Assembly: GCA_951406725.2 (NCBI GenBank)
Contig: OX597816.1
Span: 90,334,001-90,398,000, forward strand
Direction of reading: 5' to 3'
From: Octopus vulgaris
Taxonomy: Eukaryota
Length of the DNA stretch: 64,000 nucleotides
Shown here: positions 12,464 to 24,660 of the stretch, piece after piece
Layout of the letters: each line of letters begins with the position of its first letter
Position numbering within the stretch: the first letter of the stretch is position 1
Program-made: the position numbers and the translations under genes
Notes under the pieces: model-generated
The model's input: the letters and a program-made list of their open reading frames with translations, nothing else
What the model was told of the DNA's origin: nothing
Database searches by the model: none

Positions 12464-15209
12464 CTTAATCAACTTGTAACCTCCTCAGCATCAAAGAATA
12501 CTGTTAATTCAACAGTTGGAGGTATCGGATTTCTACTTTCATCAAAAGCCAGTGATACTCTCTTGAGTATAGAGTCAATCTCACCTAGAATTATGGTGCT
12601 TGAGATAGATGGAAACCCGAAAACAACATTGGTATGTGTGTATAGCCCACATAATTCGTCTGTGGCAGACGAGATTGAGAATTTTTATACAACCCTTCAT
12701 TCAACCATTGAGCAAGTACCTCTCCATAATTTTCTAGTTATAGCTGGTGATCTGAATGCTAGACTAGGACCCGATGAGACCAAGTTTACTTTCAACTCTA
12801 AAACTAATCGGAACGGAGAAATGCTCAAAGACTTCTTAGAGGAATTTAATCTCTACACCTCCAACAATTCTTTTATGAAACCAAAAGGTCAACTTTGGAC
12901 ATTTCGAGTCCCCACTTGGTGATAGGGCACAAATTGACTACCTCATCTTTCGAAAGAAGTGGCGCAATAGTGTTAAAAACTCGAGATCCTACTCTTCCTT
13001 TAGTTCTGTTGGCTCTGACCACAGAATTGTATCAACTACCGTTAAGCTTAGTCTTCGCTCATCCAAAAAAGCTAAGCCTCACCCGATGAAAATGATCGAC
13101 TGGGAGGAAGTCTTATCTAACCCCGATATGTCCAAACAATTTACTATTGAGGTCTATAACACATTTCAATCTTTGTCTACTTCTGAAATAGATGCTGAGA
13201 ACATTGAAGAAGTATACAGCAGCCTCATCAAATCAACAGAGGAAGTTGCACTGGCTACTCTTCCCAAAAAGAAGAGTAGGGGCCAGAGCAAACCTTCTAA
13301 TTCCCCAAATGTCATCGAAGCCAGAAACCATCTAAAGTCTATATCACTAGCTTACCACCGCTCTCCATCCCAGTCACTGAAGATCCAACTCATAGCTGCC
13401 AAGAAGAATCTTGATGAGGCTTACTTGAACGCCGAGGTCGACTTTATCAATGGCAAAATTAGTAAACTATCCAAAGAGCACATTAGTAAAAAATACCATC
13501 TCGCCTGGAAATCCATCAAAGACCTATCAGGCAAAAATTCTGGGTCATCAATTAGAATTAAAGGGGGATCAGCTAAGAAGCGTTTAGAAAATTGGTCAAC
13601 CCATTTTAAAAACCTTCTTGGGAAGAATGCCAAAATCCTGATAACCGCACTCTTCCAAGTGTACCTATATCAGACATGCTGGACATCAACACCTCCCCTT
13701 TTACCATATTTGAACTAACAGCAGCCACCAAGCAACTAAAAGCCTCGAAAGCATTTGGTCCCGACAACATCCCAGCTATAATTTGGAAGGATGATAGATT
13801 TCACACACTTTTGCTCAACCCTTTGCAACCACACACTTTCCACCTTTGTCGCTCCAAAGATTTGGCACCAATCTCAAATCATCCCAATACCCCAAAAAAC
13901 GCAATTTATCCCTCGTCACCAACTACAGGGGTATATCTCTAATGTCAATTGCTGCAAAACTGTACAACAAACTGATCCTAAATCGTCTTGTCCTTTTTGT
14001 TGAACCTTTGCTCCGAAAGAACCAAAATGGATTCAGACATGGGCGCTCAATGCCGAGCCAGATACTATGCCTATGCAGACTTATTGAAGAATCAAAAGCA
14101 TTTAATCGCGATCTTACAATGGTATTTGTAGACTTTTCTAAAGCGTTTGATTCTGTAGATAGGTACAAGATGTTTGAAATCCTTAAGCTCTATGGGATAC
14201 CAGACAAAATCATTTCTGCCATCAAGGTCCTCTACACAGATACGTCTTCAACCATCTTAACCCCTGACGGAGAAACATCATCTTTCTCAATCAAAGCCGG
14301 AATACTGCAGGGAGACACACTCGCCCCATTTCTTTTCATCATTGTTGTTGACTATGTGCTACGTATGTCAGTTGATACCATCTCTGGCAAGGGCTTTGAA
14401 ATAAAACCAAGAAGTTCCAGACACCCAGCTGAATACTTGACAGACACTGACTTTGCTGACGACATCGCTCTTATCAGTGATTCTCTCTCCAATGCCCAGT
14501 CTCTTTTACAATCTCTTGAACAAGCCTCAAATTGTGTAGGTCTTTACCTCAATGAGGCCAAGACTGAATATATAAACAAGTGCCTGTCCAACAGTGATTG
14601 CATCATCCATACTCTCAACAATGCGCCCTTAAATATGGTTTCTGATTACAAATATCTTGGGTCATACATATCATCCGGAAAAGACTTTTTAACTAGAAAG
14701 GGTATGGCCTGGTCAGCCTGTAATGACATGCATAAGATCTGGTCATCAAATCTAAGTAGAAACTTCAAACTTGAAATCTTCAAAGCCACAGTCGAACCAA
14801 TTCTACTATATGGCTCAGAAACCTGGACGTTATCAAAGAAGCTTGAGAGGCGGTTGGATGGAACCTACACTCGCCTCCTTATCAGAGCTCAAAATCTCTC
14901 GTGGAAGCGCCATCCAACCAAAATGCAAATATATGGGAAACTACCACCTGTGTCATCTCTTGTGAAAGGTAAGAGAGTCCAGTTTGCTGGACATTGTTGT
15001 AGAGTTGAAAAAGAGGTAATTTCTACTTTTCTCCTCTGGAAGCCATCTACTCGCAATACCAGAGGGCGCACACTCTCCTACCCTGATGTAATCTCCAGGG
15101 ATACAGGCATCCAGCAACAGGACCTCCGTAATGCCATGATGGGCCGTGAAGTCTGGCGTAGCATGGTAAATTCCATTGTCTCAACCACGGTCGAACAATG
15201 ATGATGATG
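12464..15209 (+). mobile_element. 5'-truncated RTE-clade LINE (APE endonuclease + RT) in AK2 intron 1, antisense to AK2
   Basis: APE motifs VYSP...GDLNA...N.NG...IDY...SDH; RT motifs NYRGISL, QNGFR, FVDFSKAFDSV, GILQGDTLAPFLF, FADD, YKYLGS; (TGA)n tail; TSD AACAAGTAAT at 12454-12463 and 15210-15219; three frameshifts. Confidence 0.93.
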
Positions 15210-18200
15210 AACAAGTAATATTTGGCTAGTGGTCACGTGATCAGTCAGTTAACAACCTTCCAATTACTGTGCCCAAATATATAGGTGTATTAATTTCAGA
15301 ATACTACAAAAATGTCAATTGGAACACTGATCAATAAAAGCAATTGTTTAACTATATTTCATTTGAAAAATCATAAAATATTATGACAGCACTGTAGATG
15401 ACACAAATGTCATATTAAAAATCAGTAACTTTACACAGTTTTTACTGTCATGCTTGGAAATGATAATTATCATACACTAACTACATTTATAGGAGAAATT
15501 TCTTGATTGTTTGTAAATATTTTATACAGGCAATGACATATGCAAAAAATTTTCAAGTAATTGGCATTTCCTTCTACAGTTCTTTTTTCTATATGTGTAA
15601 ACGGCTGCTATTTAATCAAAACAGGCTTCAGCTAACCATGATTTGCCAATGAGGTCCAATCAGAGGGAAATATAACCATAGCTCTCCTTTTGTCTACAAA
15701 CAACAATTAAATTTTCCTGTGAGCATGGAAATTTATTTTGTAAAATAAATTCTTAATATTTTTAAATTATCTCTCTGTTCAGTGAGAGTTAACAATTACT
15801 GCTGAGTCTTTTCTTTTTCGTTTTTTTTTTATTAAGGAAATAGCAATTAACCCTTTTATTACAGTATTTATTTTGAGATCCTCTGTTTTTTTTTTTTCAA
15901 TTGCTTTACATCTAACACAAAGAATTTAGTAAAATAACTTAGTTATCATTCAGCTAGTGTTAGGAACATAAATTGTGACTAAGGTTTGGTGGAAGATTTT
16001 AATTCAAAACTTATGAAAACAAGTTATTTGTACTCAGAGCCAAAGCCAGTTTCAGCCAGGTTAGTAATGAAAGGGCTACTGAATAATGAATAATTTTTAC
16101 CTTTCTCATTTATTACATCACCCCTAAAATCCATGCTTTTGAACAATTAGAGGTATTTACTTCAGCTCTTTTTTTTTTTTATACAAGAACCAATGGATGG
16201 AGATACTGCAGAGTCTAAGACTCTTTAGGCTTGTGTTAGTGTCATGATAAAACATACTTAGAATACTCTGTAAAGTGGTTGGCATTAGAAAAGGCATCCT
16301 GCCAAAATTGGAACTTACAAGCAAGACCCATTTAAGTGGGTAGTAACTTCCTAGGTAGCCCTTCATAATGCCAACCACATTACAGAGTGTGCTGGGTGCT
16401 TTTTACATGCCACCAACACATGTGCATTCATATAGCACTGGCTCAAGTGCATTTTACATGGCACTGGCATCTGCAAGACAAAGACCTCTCAGCTTGGAAA
16501 GGACTGGAGGCATGGCCATAACAGTCATACCTGTGGAAATAATAGAACTATATGTCAATTTAAGGGATATTTAAATTAATTTCAATCTTTAGAGGTGGTT
16601 CTGTTTTGGTTTGGTAAGCCCTACAACAATTTTCCAATATCTTGGATAGATTTAACTCTGAAAGCTTTGGCTTTTAGCTTTATATCTGAATGTAAAGGAA
16701 TGTATTATAAGGACTATAGATACAATGTTTTTTTTTCCAGACCTTACCATAAGACAGAGTTATAGTAGATTCTAGTTTTATTTCTACCTTATCCTTTGTG
16801 AAATGTGTATGAGATACATGTAGATGGTACAGTTTTTGTTTTATAAATGTCTAGCCAAATGGTTAAGATGTTCATATTGCACTCATGGGGTCCTGGATTG
16901 GACTTAATCCTACTGCTTGTGTCTCTTAGAGAAGCTTCAGACCGATCAACTTTGTAACATTAAGTACATTGAAATTGTGTAGAATCCTGTTGGATGGACT
17001 TACAAAGTTCAACTTTAAGGACTCATAATTACATTAAAAAAATTCTGTTAGTTTAGATTCTGCCATTACAAATAGTTTCAGGGTTTCCATTTGTACTTGG
17101 CTTCCATTTCTATATTCCATAATCATCTTCAGATACCAAACAGGTATGAAAACATATGCTGCCAAATTCTTTATGAAATAGTATCCTTCTTGTAGATTTG
17201 ATCATGAAATGAGCATTTTTGATAAAACAATCAGGAGACTGCAACAAAATAGTTAAAAAATCTGCAGACCTAGCAGTTGCGAAGGAAAATAACCTGGTTA
17301 GAAATTAACCTTGCAAGATTAATGCAAGTAAGCTGTAGTGATCAGATATACAAGCATTCACAAAGTAACATTAATTTTATAAATTTTGATGAGTTCAACA
17401 CTCCTTGAGTTCTAAATAAAAATACTAGATACAATAAGAAATGTAATTAAGAGCTCTATTTAACAATTAATAACAAGGTGAAATAAAACTTTATCTATTA
17501 ATTTAAATACTATTCATATGGCCTTAAAGTTTGAAGAAAATCAAAATTTGAAAAATAAATTTCAAAGTTTCATCAACAAATGATGTGAAAGAAACCCCCA
17601 AAATAGGCTAGTTAACTATTAACATGAGACTGGAAATATAGTCTTGTCAATTTTGGTGGTTCTGAAAGCAACTTTTTTGCCAAAATAATGAAATGTAGCA
17701 ATAAGCAATTCAGAAGTAAACACTAGAATATAGCTAAATGAAGTAGTGACATTCCCAGAGAAGTGAGTCTGCATCTGAGTTCAGTTCCTGATTGAGCTAG
17801 TTCACTCTCTGTAAGAGGAGTTTTGTCTTTTTTTTTCAATCTACAGAGAAACAGCTAAATTAGCCCTGTTTGTAAGGTACAATATAGGTTACATAAAAAT
17901 ATATATTGTCATCTAAAATATTATAGTTCAAAGTTTACTATTCATAGATCATATGTGAATTCATTTAATACAACTTAATAAATATAATTCAAATTTAAAA
18001 GATAATCATACATGTATTTAGGTCATACAGTACTTGAGAAATATTTGCTAAAAGAACAATTGCAAAACCTATCAACATCCAAATCCGAATTATTTATGTT
18101 TAAAATATGTTAAAGGTTGCTGATTATTGTTTGGAACAAGAAGCAGGAAATTAAAACAATATGATGTAACGACCACCTGCAGAAAACATGTTATAACCCC

Positions 18201-18842
18201 TAATGGATTACAGATCACTAATCATTGTCTGATATGTTAACAGCTACACAGACAATCTATCCTTCTTTTGTCAATTGATTATAGTCATATGGAAGAAGTG
18301 AATAGAGTGAACTAGGTCAATCAGGAACTGAACTCAGATGCAGACTCACTTCTCTCGGAATGTCACTACTTCATCAAATTTATATAATAGAGCACAACAA
18401 AAGTAAAATATAAGCTAAGGGAAATAACTCAAGTTGGTCAATAGCATTAATTTAGATAAATACTTTAAGGGGTGATGTACTGATATAATTTCATGAAATT
18501 AAGACTTAATTTTACAGCAAATTTATTTACATGCTTAGTAGAAAATTTGATCTGTAATTGCTATCAGAGGGACAACTTTGAACATGTTTCAGTCTTAGTG
18601 GGCCTCATCAGCATAATATAGCTACTCAAGCCGGTTTTGATCATTTGAGAAGAGTTTTTACATATAGAAAAAGTTAATTTTAGGGCAGTATAATTTGCAT
18701 AATTTTAAAAAAAAACGAGCAATGGGAAATAACTCTAGTGGATCACAAGCATCTTTTTTATATTCATTTTCTGCTTGCATGACTTGGCCAGGCCTTCTCC
18801 AACACAGCAGCTTGCCACTTGTTGCCTTCCAATGTTATCTAC

Positions 18843-19069
18843 TTAACCCTTTAGTGTTCTGATTATTCAATCAAACATAATGCTAATTTATTCCCATTGA
18901 TTTGAATTAATCATGCATTATCTCATATATTCAAGATCTTGATGGTGTAATTACATAATGTAGAATAACATTGTAGGGTAGGTGTGAGAGCCTGGATCTG
19001 GTCAGTTTGAACATAAAACAGATTAAATATTTTGGCCGGATATGGCCGGTTTAAATACTAAAGGGTTAA
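18843..19069 (-). mobile_element. TTAA-MITE with perfect TIR
   Basis: TTAACCCTTTAGT...ACTAAAGGGTTAA. Confidence 0.8.
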
Positions 19070-22000
19070 TGAAATTGAGTCTGTTGAGATGGTCTTCAGC
19101 ACGTCCTTCCGTGTTTCTTTTTCCACAGCTACCTTCCACTTGCATGCATTAATACTTCTTTGCTCAGCTGTTATCATCCAAACACATTAAATGTTCAACC
19201 CACTATAGTCTTTTCTTCCGAGCACTACATTTGATTCCTTATATCCAATTTTTCTCTCAGTTCATTTGTACTTCATTATTCATGTACTTTAATATTACAT
19301 ACCCAGCTGTGCATGCTATATTTTTTTCCAGTCTCTGCCCACCTTTGTCCAAAGCCTATATTTTGCTACTATGCAACATTACACTTTATACACGAGCACC
19401 ATATGATTTACCTTTTATTCAAACAGAGAATCTCTCTTTTGCTAGTAGACATGAATTTAGATAAATATGTACTGAATGGAATATGCTATGTTTCTCAATA
19501 TTAAACTACCTGTGCATAAATTGAGTTCAAAGTCTTTTGTAGGAAATTTGTTGTCTCAAAACACTTTTATTCTAGATATTTAAGCTAGCTATTGAGAACA
19601 CGTGTCAGACTTGTAGTCACCCACTGACGATGTAAGGTCAAGCAACTGATTCTGTCACCAGTATTTTTAACTTGATCAAACCTATATGGTTCTGTTGTGC
19701 TTTTAAAATTTTATAGACAGAGGAGGAGGGATAATCTTCCTGATCTTTACAGGCCCTCCCAAACTGATACAGTTGATTATATTTGGATTAAAGTTTTGTA
19801 GGCTGACACCCTTAGGCGGCAAAATGAGATGCAAATGGATGAAGATAGCTGAATAAAGAAGTGCTGATCACTTAATGTAAACTGAGCTTGAAGTATAGGA
19901 GGCTGATGAAGATATAGGACAAGCTTTTCCCTAATATCACTTCCCCTTCTCACTACTGAAAGAAATTTCCTTTGTTAACCATCCTACCTTCATTAATACT
20001 GTCCTCTACACCCACTTTTTGTATTGATCACTTTCAACCACATCTCTCTCTATCTCTCAGTCTTTTCCCTACTTACTGTACCTTTATTACTATTCTGCCA
20101 CTCTTCCTACCTTACCCAGAACTCATATGTATCACTAGCTATCCCCACTCTTCCTCTACCATAAACTACACCCATCCTTCAACCCCACTCAATTTCTACG
20201 GTTGTCACCTCCGCTCCCCTACTTATTATCCCTCAACACCTGTTCTTCATTATATTCATCCCTTAACCCATTCCTTATCTCTATCCAACTCCCCAATATA
20301 CTCTTACAATCTCAACTCACAAACACTCCCTATTCTCCTGTTCCCACTCACATCTACTCCATTCCGACCTTGAGGATCCACCATAACAGCTCATCACCAC
20401 TATTTTACCTCTTTCTAGTTCCACCCTAGTTATTCCCACCCTTTCTTCTACAATGTGAGTAGCCATATAGTTCCTCTACAGCAAGAAACCTCTGTTTTGA
20501 ACATTTCTCTTATTATTTTTTTCCCTCATCTCCCAACCTTAATGCCAACTCTATCTCCACTGTCACCTCATTCAGTTGAAGATCTTAATCTTGCAAGATG
20601 TGTGGCAATCTCACAAGTGCCGGTGCACTGAAAAAAAAAGCACCCAATACACACTGTAAAGTGGTTGGTGTTAGAAAGAGCATCCAGCAATAGAAATCAT
20701 ACCAATGCAGACATTGGAGCATTATGTAGATCTTAGATGCATTGGATCCTGTAAAACTATTCTACATAGAACATCGATGTTAGAAAGGATGATGATAGTG
20801 ATGATAACAATGAGAATCCATACAATCTACACTGATTATTATGAAGATTTATTCAGTGTTGCTGTTGATGAACAGTGTCATTTCAAAATATTTGAGTAAA
20901 CTTTTGTGTTTGAAATGTTTAAAATTTATCATGTAAATGTAATTTGAAGCTGTATTAAATTTCTACTTCAGTTTTAAATGGATAAAGTGTACAGATTAAT
21001 TTTCAGTTACCATATTTATAACTTTAAACAGGATTGCTTTTCTAATTAGAAGTAAAAATTCAGCACTGCAATACACAGTATATTGTTAAGAGTATCACTG
21101 ACGTAAGTGTAAATCTTTGAAAGATACGATTAAAATAAGTGTAAATATTTATAGCAGCTATGGGACCATATATACTTGGATGTTTTCATGCATATACTAG
21201 ATAATCATTAGTATCACTGCCGTAATCCTAGTTTTTTTTTCCTTTCCTTCATTCACCGAACACATCATTTGGGATTCTGCTACTGATGCAGCATTTAGGA
21301 TTGCATTTTGAATTTCGGTTTCTCAAAAATAGTATCTGGTTGAAAATATTCGACCTAAGTATATATGGCATTTATGCAGTGCAGTTGCTACACACAACTG
21401 ATTTAAACAGCATCCAAAAGGCCATTTTGACAAAGATTCACTCACCGAATTGCTATACTCGCTGGCACTATTTCTTTTCTATGCCTTTCCTACCACTACA
21501 GCTTCTGCACTGGACTAGTAAACTACATACATTCACCCTAACTAGTTTCTCATTCAAAAGTTATCTCTCACCACCGGATGTCGTACACAACACATTTCCC
21601 AGTCAATCCTTTTCAAATTCCTCTGGCATCCAACCGGCACTCGCGTCACGTTTATTTTATTTGCAAAGGTTGACCGAGAATTTCAAACTAAACATGAACT
21701 GCATCGAGTTCACTAGTCCAGAAGGGCCAGCAGAAATCATCGGCACTGTTTTCTTCTTGTGATTAACGATAAAAATAATTGTTTGTTATCTGTATATTGT
21801 ATGCCGATTAGAATAATCTGTGAAGGAACTTAGTAGGGTGTTAAAAGATAAGTTACGAGGAAAGCGTATCACCGGTGTCTATCTAGATTTCTTGAGGTAG
21901 ACTTGTAACCAAAGTAGAGGCTCCAAATAGTATCAATATCACAGACAGAAAACAATTAAGTGACGACAGTCGTTTACTTTAGTCCTGATTGAGCAGAACT

Positions 22001-23611
22001 ATAAACAAAGGCGCTCCAAACACGACCATTACATCGTTTTAGGAACTACATTATTCGAGGTGTTCTTTTCTTTTGTTAAGACAGGAGGGTGTGGATTAAG
22101 AGATTTGACTGCTTTTTCTAGCAAGACGAGCAATCCAATTAGTTCACAGCGAGTGTTCCAGCGTGGCGATAATTTGCAAATACATCTGTAAATTCTCAAT
22201 TCTTTTAATTTTATTTGTAGTTTTGAAATGAAAATTAAAAAATTCGAATTCATTTTTTCCCTCGCCTTCCCAAAACAGGTTACTTCAGAACAACTAGTAA
22301 CTTAATATATGTTCTAAAATACATAAAGTTTAACGATCTTATATTTTTAGAGAAGGAGACATGCATGCCCTTCTCAAGGACATTAGCGGCATAAATCGTG
22401 AAATAAAATGGCTTTAAGTGAGAAGTCGCGAGGGTGTTTGCCGTAGAATTTTACTTGGAGCCAACGAAGAAATCTCTAGATGATCAATCAACGGTTAAAA
22501 AATAGCAGTCAAATCTCCCTCGTATCAGAACCAACTGTCTTTCCATAAGGAAGTGACACATTATACAATTCAGTCTACATACTCTTAAAAAAAGATGATG
22601 TAGCCACGACTGGAATGTCTTTGATAACAGGTCTGTTCAACCAAGGTTAACCTAGGACTAAACAACCTTGAAAGTGATAAAAAAATATAAAAAAAAGCTG
22701 TTCAAAAGATAGGTTTTAAAAAGGTAGCTTGACGACCTACATACTTTTAATTCATATCATAAAGTAAGCACTGATAATATACACGAGACCTACTAAATAG
22801 ATTAGATATTAAATTGGTCGTGTCATAAAAACATTAATCTGATATTAAGTAAAAAGAAAAAAATGTAAATATATTGAAAAAAACATTTGAATGTCGTGCA
22901 TAAATTACTTTCTAAGTAGTAGTATCTAGTAGAATATGTATTTCATTAATAAATAATGATAATTTCTATTTAAAAATTAATGTTAAAGGTTAAAAGGTTA
23001 ATAAATTGAAATATATTACCAAAACTATAACTATCGGTATTGAAATTATGTTGCTTCAGTTATATCGACTAATTAACATAGTTAATAATTATAGATTTAA
23101 CTTTTCAATAAGAAAAGGACAAACAGGTTATAAAGGATGTGCTATTTTTTAACAAAAAACAGCATTCTTCGATTTTAGGCTTTTAGATAGATGATTGTTA
23201 AGATTGGAGAGAACATGACACGTTCAGGTTTTTTTCTTTTTCTTTTTTTTTTTTTTTGAGCAGATGAAACTTCAAATCGGAAATAAAACGATGTTGGCGT
23301 GCTTATTGAGACGATATTGTTTAAAGCATAAGAATGTATTATTTTAAATATATTCAGATATAAAACGCCCTTCACAGTAATTGTATTCTCACTAAACTTC
23401 AAAAACAAATCACGCACGTAGGTCAACAGTCATTACACTAAATCGATTTTTCCAATAAACATGTTTCACTAAGATTGTGGCGGCAATATAGAAAAATTCA
23501 AATATGATAATCAATTCTTCAAAACAATTACTTTCATAGGATAATATATTTTTATTAAACTATAAGTAAAAAGGAAAACATTGGAAATTAAAAAAAAAAA
23601 AAAAAACTCAC

Positions 23612-23716
23612 TTGAGTTCCTTTGCCAGAACCTGGCGGCCCAAGTAATACAGCCTTTACTCCTGGCGTCTGCTCATCTGGTTTTTCAGCAGTCTGTACAT
23701 TTTGTAATGGTGCCAT
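23612..23716 (-). CDS. AK2: AK2 exon 1 (MAPLQNVQTAEKPDEQTPGVKAVLLGPPGSGKGTQ)
   Basis: ATG at 23716, adenylate kinase P-loop, donor GTGAGT, 105 nt, phase 0. Confidence 0.93.
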
Positions 23717-24660
23717 TATTTAACTTCTCCGCCAAAGCTTTCAACTCGAAGGATGGGAAGGAAATGATTTTAAACGATAAAACAGTCAGAGATGTAATGT
23801 TTAACTTTTGCAGTTGGACCCTGCCGTCAAAAAAGATACGGAGAGTGCTTGAAATTAACGCATGCGTGATTGTTATGGGAAGGGACATAATTTGCTTCAT
23901 GTAAATTTATTTAGATCGCCTAATTTTTCTTGTTCAACGCAGAACTGGTTTTGGAGACTAGTTATTCAATGGACTTTGACATATAAAACAAATATTTTTC
24001 AATAAGTACAGTCTTCTCGTATCAAAAGTAAATATTAAGATATTCGTTCTGTAGGTAATTTTATAGTTATATGGTTATATTTGTTAACGATCACAAATAT
24101 TGATTTTTCATATAACCATGAAGTCTGAGATGCACTACTATAAGAACAAAAAACAAAAAAAACAGGTTAAAATTTTCTACAGCATTAGTAATTGAAGTAA
24201 AGTGTAATACTAGTTGTAGTTTAGTCCAAGGTCAACTCTGATCAAACAGAACTATGACCAAAAAGCTTCTAGCCGTGACCATCCTTCCTTTTACTTAGAT
24301 GAAGGGAACCAAAAACAGTACAATCCAACGTTCCCTTTTTTGTTCTGTTAACTAATTTATATTACCAGAATTGCAGGTTATTGGCGAATTAGACTGTATA
24401 AGCTGGAGTGCTCACAGCAAAGTTGTCATGGCTCGCAGGACTTTCCGGTCTAGAGACGTCCCTACCTTTATCCTACTTTTCTCTACTTTTGCTCGCCATC
24501 ACCTTGAATATTATGATACGATACAGAATATGTATGATATTATGATACGATACAGAATATGAAAATTGAAACTCCTCAGAGATAAATCACAAAAAAAAAG
24601 ATGAATTGACAAGCCTTGACTATTGGGATCAACTCAAAAAGCTCAAGCTTTACTCCCTCC

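Larger units (their letters stand above)
920..23716 (-). other. AK2: Adenylate kinase 2 gene span (5 coding exons, 741 nt CDS, 246 aa)
   Basis: Exons 23612-23716, 10463-10508, 5593-5783, 2277-2444 and 920-1150 join in frame with GT-AG introns. Protein has P-loop [44 protein letters not shown] and an AK2-type C-terminus [10 protein letters not shown]. Confidence 0.95.

Noticed and set aside
19972-20429. Pro/Ser/Leu-rich ORFs
   Set aside because: Low-complexity pyrimidine-rich intronic sequence with no recognisable domain.
21286-21762. 158-aa ORF in AK2 intron 1
   Set aside because: No recognisable motifs; probably an unclassified repeat.
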